From Amoebophrya sp. A120 (taxonomy: Eukaryota > Protista > Dinoflagellata): a stretch of 64,000 bases of DNA. The DNA lies in contig CAJINV010000002.1 in NCBI GenBank assembly GCA_905178155.1, positions 3,725,838 through 3,789,837 of the forward strand, in the 5' to 3' direction. Below the pieces are notes generated by a model. The model had not been told where the DNA came from. It was given only the letters and a program-made list of their open reading frames with translations, and did no database searches. Position 1 is the first letter of the stretch. Every line of letters begins with the position of its first letter. Position numbers and translations under genes: made by a program. Positions 60,801 through 64,000 of this stretch are shown in pieces.

Positions 60801-60917
60801 CGCAGATCCGCCACGGCTCTTTGTTTCTCTTCCTTCCCCGCGTGACAATCTTCCACCAGCTCTTTTTTAAACCCTCGCCATCTTTCGTTCCGCAAAAACT
60901 GGGCCCACAACTCTTTG
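51879..60917 (-). CDS. Large hypothetical protein; 5' end uncertain (probably extends to ~61.2 kb)
   Basis: Frame joins at the introner junctions checked (18 elements); no recognised domain. Confidence 0.6.
51887..52156. mobile_element. Introner family A
   Basis: TIR; TSD CTGTG/CTGTT. Confidence 0.9.
52214..52492. mobile_element. Introner family C
   Basis: TIR; TSD TCCGC. Confidence 0.92.
52540..52897. mobile_element. Introner family C (expanded)
   Basis: TIR; TSD TTCGC. Confidence 0.9.
52979..53276. mobile_element. Introner family C
   Basis: TIR; TSD TCCGA/TCCGG. Confidence 0.88.
53669..53925. mobile_element. Introner family A
   Basis: TIR; TSD GCGCT. Confidence 0.92.
53994..54254. mobile_element. 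Introner family A
   Basis: TIR; TSD GGTTT. Confidence 0.92.
54339..55544. mobile_element. Introner family A carrying a nested 937-bp insertion
   Basis: TIRs 1.2 kb apart; TSD TTCGC. Confidence 0.9.
54425..55361 (-). mobile_element. 937-bp insertion nested in an introner; probable 5'-truncated retroposed sequence
   Basis: 9-bp duplication TGCATGACC at 54416-54424 and 55362-55370; the introner sequence resumes exactly after it. Confidence 0.8.
55645..55850. mobile_element. Introner family E
   Basis: TIR; TSD CTTCA. Confidence 0.92.
55930..56182. mobile_element. Introner family A
   Basis: TIR; TSD TGATC. Confidence 0.92.
56339..56635. mobile_element. Introner family C
   Basis: TIR; TSD CTCTG. 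Confidence 0.92.
56919..57200. mobile_element. Introner family C
   Basis: TIR; TSD TGAGC. Confidence 0.92.
57304..57452. mobile_element. Introner family B
   Basis: TIR; TSD CTGCG. Confidence 0.92.
57509..57761. mobile_element. Introner family H
   Basis: TIR; TSD TGCTC. Confidence 0.92.
57798..58014. mobile_element. Introner family G
   Basis: TIR; TSD GTTCC/GTTCG. Confidence 0.9.
58078..58339. mobile_element. Introner family A
   Basis: TIR; TSD ACGGC; reverse complement of 18179-18447 subfamily. Confidence 0.92.
58771..59033. mobile_element. Introner family A
   Basis: TIR; TSD CGTGC/CGTGA. Confidence 0.9.
59396..59664. mobile_element. Introner family A
   Basis: TIR; TSD GTGCA. Confidence 0.92.
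60063..60280. mobile_element. Introner family E
   Basis: TIR; TSD TAGAA/CAGGA. Confidence 0.85.
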
Positions 60918-62250
60918 TATGAAATGCAAATATGTCTGGTTCGGGAAGATTCTTACATTTGTCACGCATGCAGAAATTTCGATTGCTGCTACGGTGGAAT
61001 GTAGATTTCGCACAAAACAGCTGCTGCGATCAATTGCTTTTTTCGTTGGAATGTGTAGACATTTCATCGCGCGCCGCTTTCAAATGTGGTTTTCCCCTTC
61101 AAAAAAAACCTATCGGCGTCATATTTGTTCATAGTGATTGCTGAAAAAGCGCAACACTGCTCGAAATTTGGATTGTTTTTCATCAGTTCAACACGCACAA
61201 AAACCCATGAAAAAGTCGCCAGGATTACATCCGAACTGGCCTTGTGACCATGCTGAAAAAGTCGCCTGGCTTTCTTGAAGAACACCAGCAGCAACGGCTC
61301 CCCGTGTCTCTCGTAGGGCGTGCAGCTCGCTCTTGTCTCCTGTAGGACGTAGGGACCCCGCTTGCGCGCGCCCTTGTGCGTCCTAATTGTGCGCCACTGT
61401 GCGCCCCGCTTCCTTGCGTCAGGGCCAGTTTGGTCGCGCATTGTCCCGGTGCAATTCTGCGGCCCTGGGATACAGTGCTCCCCCGTTCCTCTTCGACAAT
61501 GCGTGCCCTCGTCCGTGTATTGCAAGGGCCCCGCGCCGGGCGCGATCGTGCTTGCTGTTATTGCGGGGGCCGGCGCTGTTGCGGGCCCGCCGTCGCGCTG
61601 GACACCGAAAGCGCACAGGCCACCGAGCACGGAGAACCGGCTCGCGGCGAAAGCGCAGACCCCCGCGCCCTTTCCCCCCCCCCTCCCCCGTAATCTCGGT
61701 TTGCCCTTCGCCCCTTCGCCCGAAGCAAACTAGTTCCAACGATTGGAGCGGCCCCACTTCTCGCGTATCCAAACTTCCTAGCTCGTCGGCGATTTCCGCA
61801 CCTCGCTTGCCGTGGTAGCAGAGGGCTTTCCTCCGTAGCTAGGCTCTTTTCCGTCTGCGCACCCATGCAACTAAGAGCGAGCGCGCCCTTTCGTTGGTTT
61901 CGCGTTCTCTTTTTCGCGCCCGCATTTAATAGGGACCAAGGTCCGCCTGCGCCGCTGCTGCACGTTTCGCGGAGCTATTTGCGCCAGCAATGCGCTTCTC
62001 ATTCCCTTAGACCATTGCATTGCTGGCTTTGCTTCGATTTTGGTTTTTGCGCTGCATATTTCTTAGGGTTGCTTTACATTTTATTTTGCGCAAAGCCCCT
62101 TTGTTTATGTTCTTTCGCCCATTGATTTCCCAAAGTTGCCTTTTGTTGGTTTCATATCAAAACGACAGCGGGGAAATCCTTTCGCTGATGTCGCGCCTTG
62201 CTCTCTTTTTTTCGTGCGCGAAAGAAAATCACCACACCACAGCGAGGGAA

Positions 62251-64000
62251 CTATGGGCGACTGTTGGTCAGCAGTTCATTTCTCCCGTAGACCATTGCAT
62301 TGCTGTTTTTCCTTCGATTGTTCTTTTTCCGGCAATCGAATGCTTTGCGCAATCCACCGGCTTGGAGAGATGTGGGTCGTTTTCTCGGGTTCGGATGTTC
62401 TGCTTTGCTTTCACAGGGAAAAAGGCACGCGATTGCTTCGCTTTTGCTTTTGCGATGCTTGCGTGCAAAAATCCTGTCGCAGTATATTTTCAACATTTCG
62501 TAGTGATGCTCAACATCTCATCCTAAAACAACATTCCACCGTACTGCATGCATGTCTGACATGACTCGAGAATCTGTGATGCATGGGCAGGAAAAGACTC
62601 TCCTATCTGTCATGCAAAAACGCAGTTTCTCATGCGGAATACGCAACACATAGCAACTCAAAAACTTGTCATGCTGGGCTGCGTATTGCAGTCCGGCTAT
62701 CTTCATCCACTTTTTGCATCACAAGTTTCCACACCCAGACATTTTTGCATTTGGTACTTTGTCCGAGGGAACAAACAGCGTGATTGAGTTCGATAACGCG
62801 ATGAGCAGCCGCTTTGGCAATCGCCGCACCATGTCCTGGCGACTCATCACGTACAGGGAGCAGAAACCGTCGGAAACAAGGGACACCGGGAGGAGCCGGC
62901 TGTGCAGGATCTCCCGATGCCCGAAGAACTGGTTCGAAGAGAGGATCCCCACTTGCAGGAGCAGTTTTGCTATGCATTGCAAAAGTATCGCATTCGTACA
63001 AATGCATCACAAATTTCCTCAGCGTGAGAAATGAAATTTGTAATGCGGATTTACCTCAAGAAAAGAATTTGTAATGCATGATTGCAATACGAGTGCGATA
63101 CTTTTGCACAGGATATTTGCGTGCTCGATTTTCGTGTTTTGGTCGATCGTCGTACTGTTGAAATGGATATCAAATGCAAAAATGTCTGGGTCTGGAAGGT
63201 CGGAACTTGTCATGCTAAATCTGAATCACGCAAAAATCTGTGTTGCATGATTACCAAATGCTGTCCACTTTTGTTCAAGTTGAGAGGCAGTTTCTCATGC
63301 AGGATACGCATGACAGTGATCTCACGGAATCTCTTATGCTAGGTCCTCCATTACAGATCATATGGGGCATGGAAAACCTGCATGACAAGTCGCGCAAAGT
63401 TCCAGACCCAGACATTTTTGCATTTGATAATGGAACCGGGCGGTTTTCGAAGATGAACTCGCTGTCGTTGTTTTTTTCTCCGATGATGTAGTTGCTGATT
63501 TCCCGTTGCTCTCTTCGTCTTCGATAATTTTGCCGATTCCCTTGGTCTGCAGCCATTTTTTCACGTCGATATTTTCCATTTGCACTTTTTCCTCCTGGAT
63601 CAAGTGTAAAAAACGTGTCTGGGTCCTCGGGGGAGGTGGAACCTGTGTTGCGTGTCTGGCACTCCTGTAAAATCTGTATTGCGTGACCAACTACAAAAGC
63701 GCGAGCTCTTTTGTCATGCACGAATGCAGCAGTTTCTTTCGAATGCGCGCCACGCATGCGGAAGCATAGCGTCCTAAAAGCATGCCATGCTTGGCTGCAC
63801 TGAGGAGTATGCTCAATCATCGCGACTCAGCATCACAAGCTTATTGCAGACCCAGACCTATTCGCACTGGATATCCTGTAAAGTCGGCTGCAGCTTGTTC
63901 GTCGTCTCGCTCTATCCTGAGTAAAAACGTCCCCACCCCAGAGTTGTCATGCAGATTTGCAAAGACAGGAAGACTTCTAATGCGCATCCCCATGAGAGCC
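62251..64000 (-). CDS. 3' part of a cyclic-nucleotide-binding-domain protein (runs off the window)
   Basis: LQVGILSSNQFFGHREIL..VSLVSDGFCSLYVMSRQD resembles a cNMP-domain C-terminal half; last exon uncertain. Confidence 0.55.
62971..63115. mobile_element. Introner family B
   Basis: TIR; TSD TTTGC. Confidence 0.92.
63168..63429. mobile_element. Introner family A
   Basis: TIR; TSD ATGGA. Confidence 0.92.
63598..63873. mobile_element. Introner family A (GAT start)
   Basis: TIR; TSD TCCTG. Confidence 0.88.
63913..64000. mobile_element. Introner family C, cut by the window edge
   Basis: Left TIR TATCCTGAGTAAAAACGTCCCCACCCC. Confidence 0.85.

Noticed and set aside
482-63873. Recurrent ORF-track peptides (FQTQTFLHLI, PDPDIFA, CKYVWVWK, MSGSG) suggesting a repeat-protein family
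   Set aside because: They are six-frame translations of the family-A TIR and appear in all frames and on both strands.
1-64000. Autonomous transposase, rRNA or tRNA genes
   Set aside because: No DDE, reverse transcriptase or tyrosine-recombinase motifs and no structural RNA signatures were recognised.

Overview
This is eukaryotic nuclear DNA whose architecture best matches a syndinian dinoflagellate such as Amoebophrya (an inference; no marker gene is present). Nine protein-coding genes or gene fragments all lie on the minus strand. They encode a WSC-domain secreted protein, a PAN/Apple-like Cys-rich protein, phosphomannomutase (PMM), a VIT1/CCC1 iron transporter, a cNMP-domain protein fragment and several hypothetical proteins. 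About 90 non-autonomous MITE-like 'introner' elements (~145-360 bp, roughly a third of the window) interrupt them. The elements fall into at least 10 sequence families (my labels A-K) that share one grammar: a 5-bp target-site duplication (TSD), TAT...ATA termini with long terminal inverted repeats (TIRs), and internal GCAT[G/C/T]ACAA boxes. Removing an element plus one TSD copy restores the host reading frame, including conserved PMM and VIT motifs, and in the PMM cases checked no GT-AG exists at any register. Copies of one subfamily sit in both orientations within sense transcripts. Other notable items are a near-zero-length micro-exon, a retro-like insertion nested in an introner, apparent introner-to-canonical-intron intermediates, a 1.5-kb cassette bounded by perfect 34-bp direct repeats, a TSD-flanked telomere-like insert and GC islands upstream of genes. 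All exon models were built by hand and lack RNA support.
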